Source of the DNA: Nitrosopumilus sp.
GTDB lineage: Archaea; Thermoproteota; Nitrososphaeria; Nitrososphaerales; Nitrosopumilaceae
Assembly (NCBI GenBank): GCA_965205675.1
Contig: OZ242186.1
Location: 288,001 to 352,000 of the forward strand
DNA: 64,000 nt
Direction of reading: 5' to 3'
Below are positions 19,727-29,454 of the stretch, in pieces. Made by a program: the position numbers and the translations under genes. The notes beneath the pieces were generated by a model. That model had not been told where the DNA came from. It made no database searches and was given only the letters and a program-made list of their open reading frames with translations. The stretch's first letter is position 1; the number at the start of each line of letters is the position of its first letter.

Positions 19727-19828
19727 ATGGCAAGTGTAGTCGATGGATGGCCTGTATGGATTCCACTCATTGTTGGTTTAGCTCCGGGTTTAATTTACTG
19801 GTTAGCAATTACCGCAAAGAGAAAATAA
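19727..19828 (+). CDS. 33-aa single-TM microprotein; not in ORF track
   Basis: MASVVDGWPVWIPLIVGLAPGLIYWLAITAKRK; TTTAAATA box about 23 nt upstream; T-rich terminator downstream. Confidence 0.7.
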   Translation: MASVVDGWPVWIPLIVGLAPGLIYWLAITAKRK

Positions 19829-19955
19829 AATTTACATCTATTTTAATTTCTTTTTATTATTTCATCTAGTGTAAACTGGGTTTAACGTTGTTACCTTTCT
19901 TGTTGACTATTTGATATGTGACACGAAATTAATCCCTATTATCTAAAGGAAAATT

Positions 19956-21032
19956 ATGATAAAGGCAGTTTCATGTATATTTTTGATATTACTACTAGTT
20001 TCATTCTCTCAGACATCTTCAGCAGAAACTATTGATAATACTCCTACACTAATTGTGGATCTTGATAAAGAAAATATTCATGTTTACAAGGATTCTGAAG
20101 GATTCACAGTTGTAGTCGGCCTAGTTGAAAACAAGGATTCTCTTACTTCTGTAACTAATGTGCAAATTCAGGCAAACTTTTTCACTCAATATGGAACTAC
20201 CCCCGTTGAAGTAACTTTAGGAAGTACTGCTCTTGAGGTTATTCCACCAAATGGGAAATCCCCATTTTTAATCCGTTCAGAATCTACAACTTTTAACATC
20301 TCTGAAGCATCTGTCTCTCTTCTAAGTTTTGACTCTTCAATAGAAAAACAAAAAGAATTTCTTGTATATTCTAGTGACATATTTTTAGATAACACTTTAG
20401 AATTTTCTGGGGTTTTAAAAAATGGAGGTGCTCCAAATACTAACACCACAGTATACTTGGCATTTTATGATAATTTTGAACCTCCAAGAATACTTGATGT
20501 TTCTACTATTGAACTAGGTGAGGTTGATCCGAATGTAGATGTTAATTTTGAGTTTAATGAAACAATTGATCATCAAGCTGTAGGATTTTGGCTTTTTGCT
20601 GAATCCAATGTTTTCTATTCTGATTTTGTTGATGTAAAAATTCCACAATCCTCAGTTCCGACTAAAAAAGTAACAATCTCTAATGTATCTGTAAAAGACT
20701 CTAACGGAGAAACATTATCTGAACTTGATGTTGGCTCTACTTTTTATATAAATAGTAAAACCTCAATAGAATTTTCTACTGATACTGCATCTGAAACTGC
20801 ATACACTTACTATGTCCAAATAAAAAAATCACCTGATCATCGTGATGACTCACCCATTGTAGAATACATTGGAAAGTTTGATGGTAGATTTATTGGAAAT
20901 AGTGTAGAAACTCAAACCATTGATTGGATTCCACAACAATCTGGATTCTTTTTCATTGAAACCTTTGTCTGGGATAGAAATCATATTCCAATTGCTGAGC
21001 AGGGTCCATATACTCTGATAATAGTAAAATAA
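19956..21032 (+). CDS. Exported beta-rich hypothetical protein (FxLYD-like repeats)
   Basis: Signal peptide; two G-x-V-x-N...F-Y/F-D modules. Confidence 0.8.
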   Translation: MIKAVSCIFLILLLVSFSQTSSAETIDNTPTLIVDLDKENIHVYKDSEGFTVVVGLVENKDSLTSVTNVQIQANFFTQYGTTPVEVTLGSTALEVIPPNGKSPFLIRSESTTFNISEASVSLLSFDSSIEKQKEFLVYSSDIFLDNTLEFSGVLKNGGAPNTNTTVYLAFYDNFEPPRILDVSTIELGEVDPNVDVNFEFNETIDHQAVGFWLFAESNVFYSDFVDVKIPQSSVPTKKVTISNVSVKDSNGETLSELDVGSTFYINSKTSIEFSTDTASETAYTYYVQIKKSPDHRDDSPIVEYIGKFDGRFIGNSVETQTIDWIPQQSGFFFIETFVWDRNHIPIAEQGPYTLIIVK

Positions 21033-21071
21033 AACCCTTCTCTGTTATTTCAAAATTTCCTCACCGTTTAA

Positions 21072-21785
21072 ATGCAGAGAGAAATGTGTCAACTTGTGAT
21101 ATCAAGTAAATTTTTCATTATTTCTATAATTTCTCTAATTCTCATATCTTCTACTGGAGAATCTGTTTTAGGTTATGGTGGACCGCCAGAACAAAGTAAT
21201 GCCAATAATTACACTGTGGAGATAATTTCTGATAATACTTCATATACACTTGGCGATACTGTAACCTTTTCTGGCAGTGTTAACAAATATGATGAAGATA
21301 GAAATCTACGAATTTCAATTTTTGGTTCTGATAATGATCTAATTGTGACTCAAAAAACTCCTGTAGGCGCAGATGGTACATTTTCACATAATGTTATACT
21401 AGATGAAAAATTCATTGATGGTGAATTTATTGTTAAAGCTCAATATGGAAACTCTAAAGCAACAGTCAAAATTATTTCTTTTCAAATAAATTCAAATGAT
21501 TCAGTTTCTGAAAACAATGCAATTCCTGACTGGATTAAGAATAATGCTGGATGGTGGGCAGATGGACAAATTGATGATAATTCATTTGTTGAAGGTATTC
21601 AATTCTTGATCAAAGAAGGATTTATGCAAATTCCAATAACTGAACAAGGTTCAGTTTCTGAAAACAATGCAATTCCTGACTGGATTAAGAATAATGCTGG
21701 ATGGTGGGCAGATGGACAAATTGATGATAATTCATTTGTTGAAGGTATTCAATTCTTGATCAAAGAAGGATTTATGAAATTATGA
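21072..21785 (+). CDS. Secreted AOA protein with duplicated IPDWIKNNAGWW C-terminal module
   Basis: Signal peptide, Ig-like domain, two identical thaumarchaeal WIKNNAGWW repeats. Confidence 0.85.
   Translation: MQREMCQLVISSKFFIISIISLILISSTGESVLGYGGPPEQSNANNYTVEIISDNTSYTLGDTVTFSGSVNKYDEDRNLRISIFGSDNDLIVTQKTPVGADGTFSHNVILDEKFIDGEFIVKAQYGNSKATVKIISFQINSNDSVSENNAIPDWIKNNAGWWADGQIDDNSFVEGIQFLIKEGFMQIPITEQGSVSENNAIPDWIKNNAGWWADGQIDDNSFVEGIQFLIKEGFMKL
21500..21776 (+). repeat. Exact 127-bp direct repeat at 150-bp period within the CDS
   Basis: 21500-21626 equals 21650-21776 by inspection. Confidence 0.9.
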
Positions 21786-21871
21786 AAATAAAATCCATTT
21801 TCACCAATAATTATACTCAAAATACATAAAAAAACTAGTAGATTTATTTTCAAAGAAAACCAACTATTTGT

Positions 21872-22348
21872 ATGTCCAAATATTCTCTTGTCGCAATGGG
21901 TGGAACTTTTGATATCATCCATAAAGGACATCTAACTTTACTTTCAAATGCATTTGATATTTCTGATAAAGTAATAATAGGAATTACTAGTGATGAACTT
22001 GCTGCAAAAAGAGGCAAAGTTCCCACAAACAATTATGATAACCGTTTTGAGAATTTAATATCAATTATTTCAAAAGAATTCCCTAATACTTTTTCTGAGA
22101 TTAGTAAATTGGATAATGATTTTGGACCAGCTGTTTTAGAAAAAAAAGTTGAGGCACTAGTTGTCAGTGATGAAACAAGTAATCAAGGAATTATACTTAA
22201 TGAATTAAGAGCAAAAAAAAATCTGCCTCCTATTGAAATTATTGTTGTTCCAATGTTTTTGGCAAAAGATGGAACAAGAATATCTACGACTAGGATTAAA
22301 AATTCAGAAATTGATGTTGATGGAAACTTGCTATCAATTGACAAGTAG
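21872..22348 (+). CDS. coaD: Phosphopantetheine adenylyltransferase (archaeal type)
   Basis: GGTFDIIHKGH, LVVSDET and ISTTRI motifs. Confidence 0.9.
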   Translation: MSKYSLVAMGGTFDIIHKGHLTLLSNAFDISDKVIIGITSDELAAKRGKVPTNNYDNRFENLISIISKEFPNTFSEISKLDNDFGPAVLEKKVEALVVSDETSNQGIILNELRAKKNLPPIEIIVVPMFLAKDGTRISTTRIKNSEIDVDGNLLSIDK

Positions 22349-22399
22349 CTTATCGAACTTTGAGTAATTGGAATAAAACAGAATTCTCAGATTGAGCTC

Positions 22400-22729
22400 A
22401 TGGCAATCATTAATCGCATGATGAAAAAAATTGATACTGATGTAGCAAATCTCAAACAAGGATTACATCCACAAAATCTTTCATATTGGTATGATAAAAT
22501 TATCCGAGAAACTATTGAAATGGCCCCGCCATGGCTTCAAGATAAAATCAAAGTTCATCAAGATCCTGTACTCTCAATGAAATTCAATTTAGATATTTCA
22601 AAACGTGCTGTAAGATATTTTATGATTGTAGTTGATAATAATTTAGACGACATGCCATATTCTACAAAACTCTATTTTCTCAAAGTACAAGAAATAATGT
22701 CCATCGAAATGGATAAATCTCTAGTTTAG
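22400..22729 (+). CDS. Hypothetical protein
   Basis: 109-aa ORF with ordinary composition. Confidence 0.75.
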   Translation: MAIINRMMKKIDTDVANLKQGLHPQNLSYWYDKIIRETIEMAPPWLQDKIKVHQDPVLSMKFNLDISKRAVRYFMIVVDNNLDDMPYSTKLYFLKVQEIMSIEMDKSLV

Positions 22730-22802
22730 CACGATTTTTTATTCTAGGCACAAATTAAAGCTCTAACTATCTATATCCAATTGTTTTAGAATTTTCTATA
22801 AT

Positions 22803-23873
22803 ATGGAACTATACAAATCAAAATATTCAGATGGAAAAACCGATGGAAGACATTCAAGACGAGACAATAAATCATCTCGTTCTTTTAGAAATTCCAGAGA
22901 TGATAGAGATGAGTCTACAGCTGTAACTTGTTCTGATTGCGGTACTGAATGTACAGTTCCATTTGTTCCAAGAACTAACAAACCTGTTTACTGTAATGAT
23001 TGTTTCAGAGACAACAAACCACAAGATTCCAGAGATGATAGACATTCAAGAAATGATAGACATTCAAGAAATGATAGACATTCAAGAAATGATAGATATT
23101 CAAGATATTCCAGAGATGATAGAGATGAGTCTACAACTGTAACTTGTTCTGATTGCGGTACTGAATGTACAGTTCCATTTGTTCCAAGAACTAACAAACC
23201 TGTTTACTGTAATGATTGTTTCAGAGACAACAAACCACAAGATTCCAGAAATGATAGATATTCAAGAAATGATAGACATTCAAGATATTCCAGAGATGAT
23301 AGAGATGAGTCTACAACTGTAACTTGTTCTGATTGCGGTACTGAATGTACAGTTCCATTTGTTCCAAGAACTAACAAACCTGTTTACTGTAATGATTGTT
23401 TCAGAGACAACAAACCACAAGATTCCAGAGATGATAGATATTCAAGAAATAATAGAGGTTCTAGATCATCTAGACGAGAATCAAGTAGAGATGATTCCAG
23501 ATCTAGAAAACCTCGAAATGACAAATTTTTAAGAAAACAAGAAAGTTTCTTTTCTAATGGCTCAGATAAGTTTTATGAAACAATAAAAGAAAAATTATAT
23601 GAAATTCTAGGTGGAAAAATTTGTTCTAATTGTGGTTTCAAAGATGAAAGGGCATTAGGTATAAGCCCAATATCTGAAAATGTCACTTCTGATAATTCCG
23701 GACGTGGTGGTGATGCTGCCTCATGGGGAAAATACATTTCAGAACCAGATCTTGCTAGAGAAGAACTACAGGTATTTTGCTTAAATTGTAACCAAATTAG
23801 AGAGTCGATACCAAAACGAACTACAGATAAATCAAGACCAAAATCAAAAAAGAACAAATATTTTCCTAGATGA
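22803..23873 (+). CDS. CxxC-x17-CxxC repeat protein with R/S/D-rich linkers and a C-terminal HNH-like Zn domain
   Basis: Three CSDCG...PVYCNDCF modules; SRNDRH repeats; C-terminal CSNCG...CLNCN. Confidence 0.88.
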   Translation: MELYKSKYSDGKTDGRHSRRDNKSSRSFRNSRDDRDESTAVTCSDCGTECTVPFVPRTNKPVYCNDCFRDNKPQDSRDDRHSRNDRHSRNDRHSRNDRYSRYSRDDRDESTTVTCSDCGTECTVPFVPRTNKPVYCNDCFRDNKPQDSRNDRYSRNDRHSRYSRDDRDESTTVTCSDCGTECTVPFVPRTNKPVYCNDCFRDNKPQDSRDDRYSRNNRGSRSSRRESSRDDSRSRKPRNDKFLRKQESFFSNGSDKFYETIKEKLYEILGGKICSNCGFKDERALGISPISENVTSDNSGRGGDAASWGKYISEPDLAREELQVFCLNCNQIRESIPKRTTDKSRPKSKKNKYFPR

Positions 23874-23932
23874 GTAAAATCATCTTTGAGAATTTGTTAA
23901 CACTTTAATTATAATTATTTTAAAATTAATTC

Positions 23933-24016
23933 ATGAATGGTGATTTCAAAGCATTAGGAATTTCTCTAATTGCTATGGTTGGAATTGTAACTGCATATGC
24001 TGTACTTGGTCTCTAA
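23933..24016 (+). CDS. 27-aa hydrophobic microprotein candidate; not in ORF track
   Basis: MNGDFKALGISLIAMVGIVTAYAVLGL fills the intergenic gap; TATA-like sequence upstream. Confidence 0.5.
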   Translation: MNGDFKALGISLIAMVGIVTAYAVLGL

Positions 24017-24017
24017 A

Positions 24018-24299
24018 CTATTCTTTGACTATTTCTACAACATGTCCGATAATTTTAGTTGAAATTATCATATGTCCTTTATCTAATACTGATTGAATAA
24101 AATCTGCAAATTTTTCTACTGTTTCTTCATTTTCAAGTAGTATGCTATGTGCAGATTTATCCTTTAGTGAAATTACTAGTTCATTTTTAACTACATTTAG
24201 AATTCCCGTAATGTATGTCTCTTTTCCGTCTTTTATGAAAATCAGACTAGCTAGCTTTTGTGCTTCATATTTGTCATCACAGATTATGTTGATTTTCAT
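24018..24299 (-). CDS. Hypothetical protein coupled to trpS
   Basis: 4-bp overlap with the trpS stop. Confidence 0.75.
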   Translation of the reverse strand: MKINIICDDKYEAQKLASLIFIKDGKETYITGILNVVKNELVISLKDKSAHSILLENEETVEKFADFIQSVLDKGHMIISTKIIGHVVEIVKE

Positions 24300-25408
24300 T
24301 TATTCTCAAAAAGAAATTGTTCTATCTGATTTTTTGCCTTTTCTCTCTTTTCTTGATGAACTGCAAGAAATTGATTAATTTTTTCAATTAAAATTGCTTT
24401 TAGTTCTCCTGAAAGTAATTTCCCAGATTTGTAGTCTTCATAAATTGCTTTTAGTTTATCATCATCTGGTTCAAAAAATATTCTTAGATATTGATATGAT
24501 ACATCAATATCTGGTTTTCCACCTAATTTTCTGTGTTGTTCAATATCTTGCTGTCCTCCTGAAAATGCATACTTGTTAATTTTCTTTTTTACTTCTTCTG
24601 GAGAATCAGTTGTGTATATTGTGCCTTTTTGATCCGATGCAGACATTTTTCCTCCTGGTCCTTCTAAACTAGGAATCATAATATTGTGAATCAAAGCTGG
24701 TTTTTGTTTTCCAATTTTTGGTGCAATATCTCTTGTTAATCTAAAATGTGGATCTTGATCAACTCCTAATGGAATCAACACTGGCTTGTCTTCAATAAAA
24801 CATGGCGCTGATTGTAATGATGTATAAAAAATCATTCCCAGATTTGTTTCATTTGTAAAACCAAATGTAGCTTTTGTATTAGAAAAATTAATTTTCTTTG
24901 CTACTTGAGCTGCAATTGGATAAAGTGTTTGAATATTTCTAGTATTGATTATAATTTTTGTTTTTTCAGGGTCGAAACCTAATGCGATAAAATCTAATGC
25001 ATTCTCATATGCAAATTTCTTTGTTTCTTCTAAAGTCAGTTCAGATTTGGAATAAAATTTCTCATCATCTGTAAGTTGAAAGTACATGGTAACATCAAAT
25101 TTTTCTTGTAACCATTTTGCAAACATCCATGGAACTAAATGCCCTATGTGAGTATGACCTGATGGACCTCTCCCAGTGTATAGAAAGAATTTGTTTCCTT
25201 TTTCATACTCATCAAGTATTCTAGTCATTTCTCTATGAGAGAAGAAAATACTCCTTCTGAGCATAAAATGGTCTTCTCTTGTAATTTTCTTGATTCTTTG
25301 AAGTAATTCTGAAGAAATCTTTTCAGTCCCAAATTGCTTGATTAGTTTATCATAGTCAATATCGCCCTCTACATGCCAAGGAGTTACAATAAAGTCATCA
25401 GCTGACAT
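24296..25408 (-). CDS. trpS: Tryptophan-tRNA ligase
   Basis: YTGRGPS, HIGH, DQDPHFR, KMSAS. Confidence 0.97.
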   Translation of the reverse strand: MSADDFIVTPWHVEGDIDYDKLIKQFGTEKISSELLQRIKKITREDHFMLRRSIFFSHREMTRILDEYEKGNKFFLYTGRGPSGHTHIGHLVPWMFAKWLQEKFDVTMYFQLTDDEKFYSKSELTLEETKKFAYENALDFIALGFDPEKTKIIINTRNIQTLYPIAAQVAKKINFSNTKATFGFTNETNLGMIFYTSLQSAPCFIEDKPVLIPLGVDQDPHFRLTRDIAPKIGKQKPALIHNIMIPSLEGPGGKMSASDQKGTIYTTDSPEEVKKKINKYAFSGGQQDIEQHRKLGGKPDIDVSYQYLRIFFEPDDDKLKAIYEDYKSGKLLSGELKAILIEKINQFLAVHQEKREKAKNQIEQFLFENK

Positions 25409-25459
25409 TCCTCTTGACTTAGGTTAAGGTTTAAAAAGTCTTTTTCGGATTCTCTGCTG

Positions 25460-26848
25460 TTGTCGCAAGTTTTTCATGAAATTGAAAAAAAAATTATTAA
25501 CTCTTTACGATATAATCCAATACAGACTCCTGAAACACTAGAAACATCTACACAACTTTCACCTGATCAAATCCGACGAGGAATTGAATGGCTTAAACTA
25601 AAAGACTTGGCAATTGTTGTTGAATCAAAATCAAGTGTTATGAGTTTAGGTAAAAATGGTCTTGAATCATTTCAAAAAGGATTGCCTGAAAGAAGATTGT
25701 TAGATTTACTAAAGAATGGACCACAAAAATTATCTGTTCTACAAAAAGAATTAGGATTTGTATTTGGACCTTCTATGGGACTAGCTAGAAAAAATAATTG
25801 GGTAGAGTCCTCATCTGATGAAATTTCTATAAAGAATCCTCCATCAGAACTTCCTGGGGAAAAAACTCTAAAATTAATTGGAAATGAAAAATTATCTAAA
25901 GATAAAATTGACAACGATGATTTATCTGGACTTTTGACAAGACCTGATTTTATCATTGAAGATATTATTAAAACAAAAGAAATTTCTTTATCTAATGCAG
26001 CAAAATCTATTCAGATCTCAGATTCAATTGGTGGAATTGACGTTGAAGCTAAGGTTCCCGATGTGTTTGTTGCAAGAACTCATCCTCTAAAAGACACTAT
26101 AGACGAGATTCGTGAAATCTTTGTCACACTTGGATTTTCTGAAATATTTGGCAACATGACTCAATCAAGCTTTTGGAATTTTGATTCATTATTTACTCCA
26201 CAAGATCATCCTGCAAGAGAATTACAAGATACATTTTATCTTGATAAAATAAATGCCAAAAAAATTGGAACTCCTGAACAAATAAGAAAAGTTTCTGAAT
26301 CTCACAAAAAGAATTGGAGATACAAATGGGATATTAACGAAGCAAGAAAAATGGTTCTTAGAACTCATACTACTTGTGTTACCATCAAACATTTAGCTGA
26401 AAACAAACCTGATGAGGCACGAATATTTTCTTTGGGTCGCGTATTTAGAAATGAAAAAGTAAGTTACAAACATCTTGTCGAATTTAATCAAATTGAGGGG
26501 GTTATTGTTGGTAAAGATGCTTCTTTGAGAAATCTAATGGGAATTCAACGAGAGTTTTACAAACGAATTGGAATTACAAAAATAAAATTTTGGCCAACAT
26601 TTTTCCCATACACTGAGCCTTCACTTCAAACTATGGTTTACAATGAAAAATTAGGAAAATGGATTGAATTGTTTGGAATGGGCATTTTTAGATCTGAAGT
26701 AACAAAACCCCTTGGCATCACCCAACCTGTTTTAGCTTGGGGTGGAGGTATTGAAAGAATTGCCATGCTAAAATATGAGTTAGATGATGTCAGAGAATTT
26801 TACAATAACAATTTTGGATGGTTGAGGAATGCTACAAAATGCCAGTAG
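25460..26848 (+). CDS. pheS: Phenylalanine-tRNA ligase alpha subunit
   Basis: WNFDSLFTPQDHPARE, LRTHTT, FPYTEPS. Confidence 0.97.
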   Translation: MSQVFHEIEKKIINSLRYNPIQTPETLETSTQLSPDQIRRGIEWLKLKDLAIVVESKSSVMSLGKNGLESFQKGLPERRLLDLLKNGPQKLSVLQKELGFVFGPSMGLARKNNWVESSSDEISIKNPPSELPGEKTLKLIGNEKLSKDKIDNDDLSGLLTRPDFIIEDIIKTKEISLSNAAKSIQISDSIGGIDVEAKVPDVFVARTHPLKDTIDEIREIFVTLGFSEIFGNMTQSSFWNFDSLFTPQDHPARELQDTFYLDKINAKKIGTPEQIRKVSESHKKNWRYKWDINEARKMVLRTHTTCVTIKHLAENKPDEARIFSLGRVFRNEKVSYKHLVEFNQIEGVIVGKDASLRNLMGIQREFYKRIGITKIKFWPTFFPYTEPSLQTMVYNEKLGKWIELFGMGIFRSEVTKPLGITQPVLAWGGGIERIAMLKYELDDVREFYNNNFGWLRNATKCQ

Positions 26849-28479
26849 TTGAATTATCCTACAAGCGTCTCCAAAAATTAGTTGGAAAAGTATCTAAAAA
26901 ACAAATTTCTGACTCTTTACCATTTCTTGGACTGGATATAGAATCGCAAGACAATGATCAAATTAGGATAGAATACAGTCCAAACAGACCTGATTATTCA
27001 ACTGATTTTGGAATCGCATTAGGTTTGCAAGGATTACTTGGAATCAAAACTGGTACAGTAAAATTTGGTGTAAAAAAATCCAACAAGTACCAAATCACTG
27101 TTAAACCAACTGTCTCTCAGATTAGACCATTTGTAACTGGTATTATTGCAAAAAATGGCAAAATTGATGATAAGACAATCAAACAACTAATGACAATGCA
27201 AGAAGATCTTCATTTTGGAATCGGAAGAAAAAGAAAAAAATCTTCAATTGGAATACATGATTTAGATGCCATCTCATTTCCACTAGTTTATACAACAACT
27301 AACAGAAATCATAAATTCATTCCTTTAAATTCTGAAAATGAAATATCTATCTCAGAAATACTAACAAACACTGATGTCGGAAAAGATTATGGTTCTCTAC
27401 TCGGAGAATCTTCTCAAGTACCACTAATTTTAGATGAAAATCAAAATACTGTATCTTTTCCTCCGATAATTAATGCTGCAATTACTACAGTTACTACAAA
27501 AACAAAAAACCTCTTCGTTGAGGTAACTGGTATCAATAAAGCAGATGTTGAAGATATGCTTGCAGTCGTGGCAACTATTTTACAGAGTGCAGGATTTTGT
27601 TTAGAATCTGTAAAAATTACAGGCTCAAAAAATACTTCGCCAAAACTAGCACAGAGAAAAATGACTGTTACTTCTTCATTGATTAATCAAATTTTGGGTT
27701 TGAATCTTACTACATCTAAAATAATTTCATCTCTAAAAAAATCTAGATTGGATGCATCATCTCAAGGCTCTAGTATTATTTGTACAATTCCTGCATATCG
27801 ATTTGATATTTTTGGACCTATGGATTTAATAGAAGAAATTGCTTTAGGATATGGAATCCAAAATCTAGAACCTACAGTATCCTCTTCTCAAACTATAGGT
27901 AAAACAAATCCTGTTTCTCTAAAACTCAAATCCTTAGATCAAACTATGATAGGACTTGGATTTTTAGAAGCTTTGAATTCTAGTTTGAGTAGTAAACGTG
28001 TATTATATGATATGACTAATCGATATCCAACGAAAATTATCTCTGTACTTGATTCAAAAAGTCAAGAACATACTATTTTACGTGACTCTATACTTCCTGG
28101 ATTATTAGAAAATCTTTCACGAAACATACATGAGACATACCCTCAAAAAATATTTGAAACTGGAACTGTTTTTACTTTTGAGAATCCAATATCTGAAAAA
28201 ATTAATTTTTCCGGTACTAGTGCGCACAAAGATGCCAATTTCACAGAAATAAAATCAATAATTCAATCTGCATTAAAAATTGGATTTGGAATTAACATAG
28301 AAACAAAAACTGCAACTAATCCTACATTTGAGGATGGTCATTGTGCATCAATTATTCTAAACAATACACCAATTGGAATTATTGGAAAAATTGATTCAAA
28401 GATTATCAAAAATTACAAAATTCGTGTCCCTGTAGTTGGATTTGAGTTCTCCTTATCTGAATCCATTCTTAAAAATTAA
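26839..28479 (+). CDS. pheT: Phenylalanine-tRNA ligase beta subunit
   Basis: PNRPD, SIGIHDLD, FPPIIN, DLIEEIALGYG; likely start MPVVEL. Confidence 0.96.
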   Translation: MPVVELSYKRLQKLVGKVSKKQISDSLPFLGLDIESQDNDQIRIEYSPNRPDYSTDFGIALGLQGLLGIKTGTVKFGVKKSNKYQITVKPTVSQIRPFVTGIIAKNGKIDDKTIKQLMTMQEDLHFGIGRKRKKSSIGIHDLDAISFPLVYTTTNRNHKFIPLNSENEISISEILTNTDVGKDYGSLLGESSQVPLILDENQNTVSFPPIINAAITTVTTKTKNLFVEVTGINKADVEDMLAVVATILQSAGFCLESVKITGSKNTSPKLAQRKMTVTSSLINQILGLNLTTSKIISSLKKSRLDASSQGSSIICTIPAYRFDIFGPMDLIEEIALGYGIQNLEPTVSSSQTIGKTNPVSLKLKSLDQTMIGLGFLEALNSSLSSKRVLYDMTNRYPTKIISVLDSKSQEHTILRDSILPGLLENLSRNIHETYPQKIFETGTVFTFENPISEKINFSGTSAHKDANFTEIKSIIQSALKIGFGINIETKTATNPTFEDGHCASIILNNTPIGIIGKIDSKIIKNYKIRVPVVGFEFSLSESILKN

Positions 28480-28549
28480 AATTAATTTATTCAAAAACGA
28501 TTTCCTCTTCAATGTTTTTTAGTAGGAATAATCCCTTATTTAATCGCCC

Positions 28550-28713
28550 AAGAGCAGGCATGCAGACGGATTAGGATGAGTCGATCGTAATGATACCAGT
28601 GATTTCTAATTCACCCAGGTGTGCTACATTACGGGTAACCCCGGTTTCAGAACGCGAGGAGGCGTATGGCTATGTACCAATGATCTTGTGCGAGTCAGAA
28701 CCGGGGAACACTT
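28550..28713 (+). ncRNA. Putative double-hairpin box H/ACA guide RNA
   Basis: GC-rich non-coding island; two stem-pocket-stem hairpins, each followed by ACA (28626-28628, 28708-28710); K-turn signature GA-GG...CC-AAT-GA in hairpin 2. Confidence 0.65.
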
Positions 28714-28759
28714 CTTTTCCAAAAACCATTAAAAACTAATAATAACACCAAAGTATGTA

Positions 28760-29179
28760 ATGGTAAACTATTGGTTAGCCAAACAAGAACCAGATGGTCC
28801 CCGAGGATATAATTTTGAACAACTCAAAAAAGATAAAATTACAGTATGGGATGGTGTTCATAACAATCTAGCATTAAAACACATGCGAGAAATGAAGTCC
28901 GGTGATCTTGTACTGTTTTATCATACAGGTAATGAACGACAAGCTGTAGGAATCATGCAAGTAACTTCAAAACCCTATTCTAATCCAAAAGAAGATCTTG
29001 AGCGCTTTATTGTAGTTGATGTAAAATACAAAAAATCACTGAAACGTCCAGTAACACTTGATGAAATAAAAAAAGAGAAAAAATTCAAAGATTGGGAATT
29101 GACACGAATTTCAAGACTATCTGTTATGCCAGTACCTAAGACAATTTGGGATGCTATTTTGAAAATGTCTCAAAACTAG
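28760..29179 (+). CDS. EVE-domain protein
   Basis: YWLAKQEP, WDGVHN, GDLVLFYHTG, RLSVMPV. Confidence 0.93.
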   Translation: MVNYWLAKQEPDGPRGYNFEQLKKDKITVWDGVHNNLALKHMREMKSGDLVLFYHTGNERQAVGIMQVTSKPYSNPKEDLERFIVVDVKYKKSLKRPVTLDEIKKEKKFKDWELTRISRLSVMPVPKTIWDAILKMSQN

Positions 29180-29454
29180 TAAGTTGATTTATTGATAAAA
29201 TGAATGTAAACAATAGGGTTTTAGGTATATTGATGGATAATGGAAACTTGTCTAGACTGTGATCCTTTGTTAGGTTTTGTTTTGCAAAACTTCAAAGGAA
29301 TATCAAAACAGATCAAACAATAAACAGGATAGTTCAAAATATCATATCCAAGGAAACCATACATGAAGAAATTCTTAGAATGATAGTTCAAGTGTCAAGA
29401 GATCATTTTAATGTTGTAGAACAAAGTCCACTCAAAACCATCCCAAAAATGGCA

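Noticed and set aside
22891-23450. Long repeats as CRISPR or a mobile element
   Set aside because: They are in-frame coding repeats of a CxxC-x17-CxxC protein.
28550-28713. SRP RNA, RNase P RNA or 5S rRNA
   Set aside because: Length does not fit and I could not find their conserved motifs; the H/ACA layout fits better.
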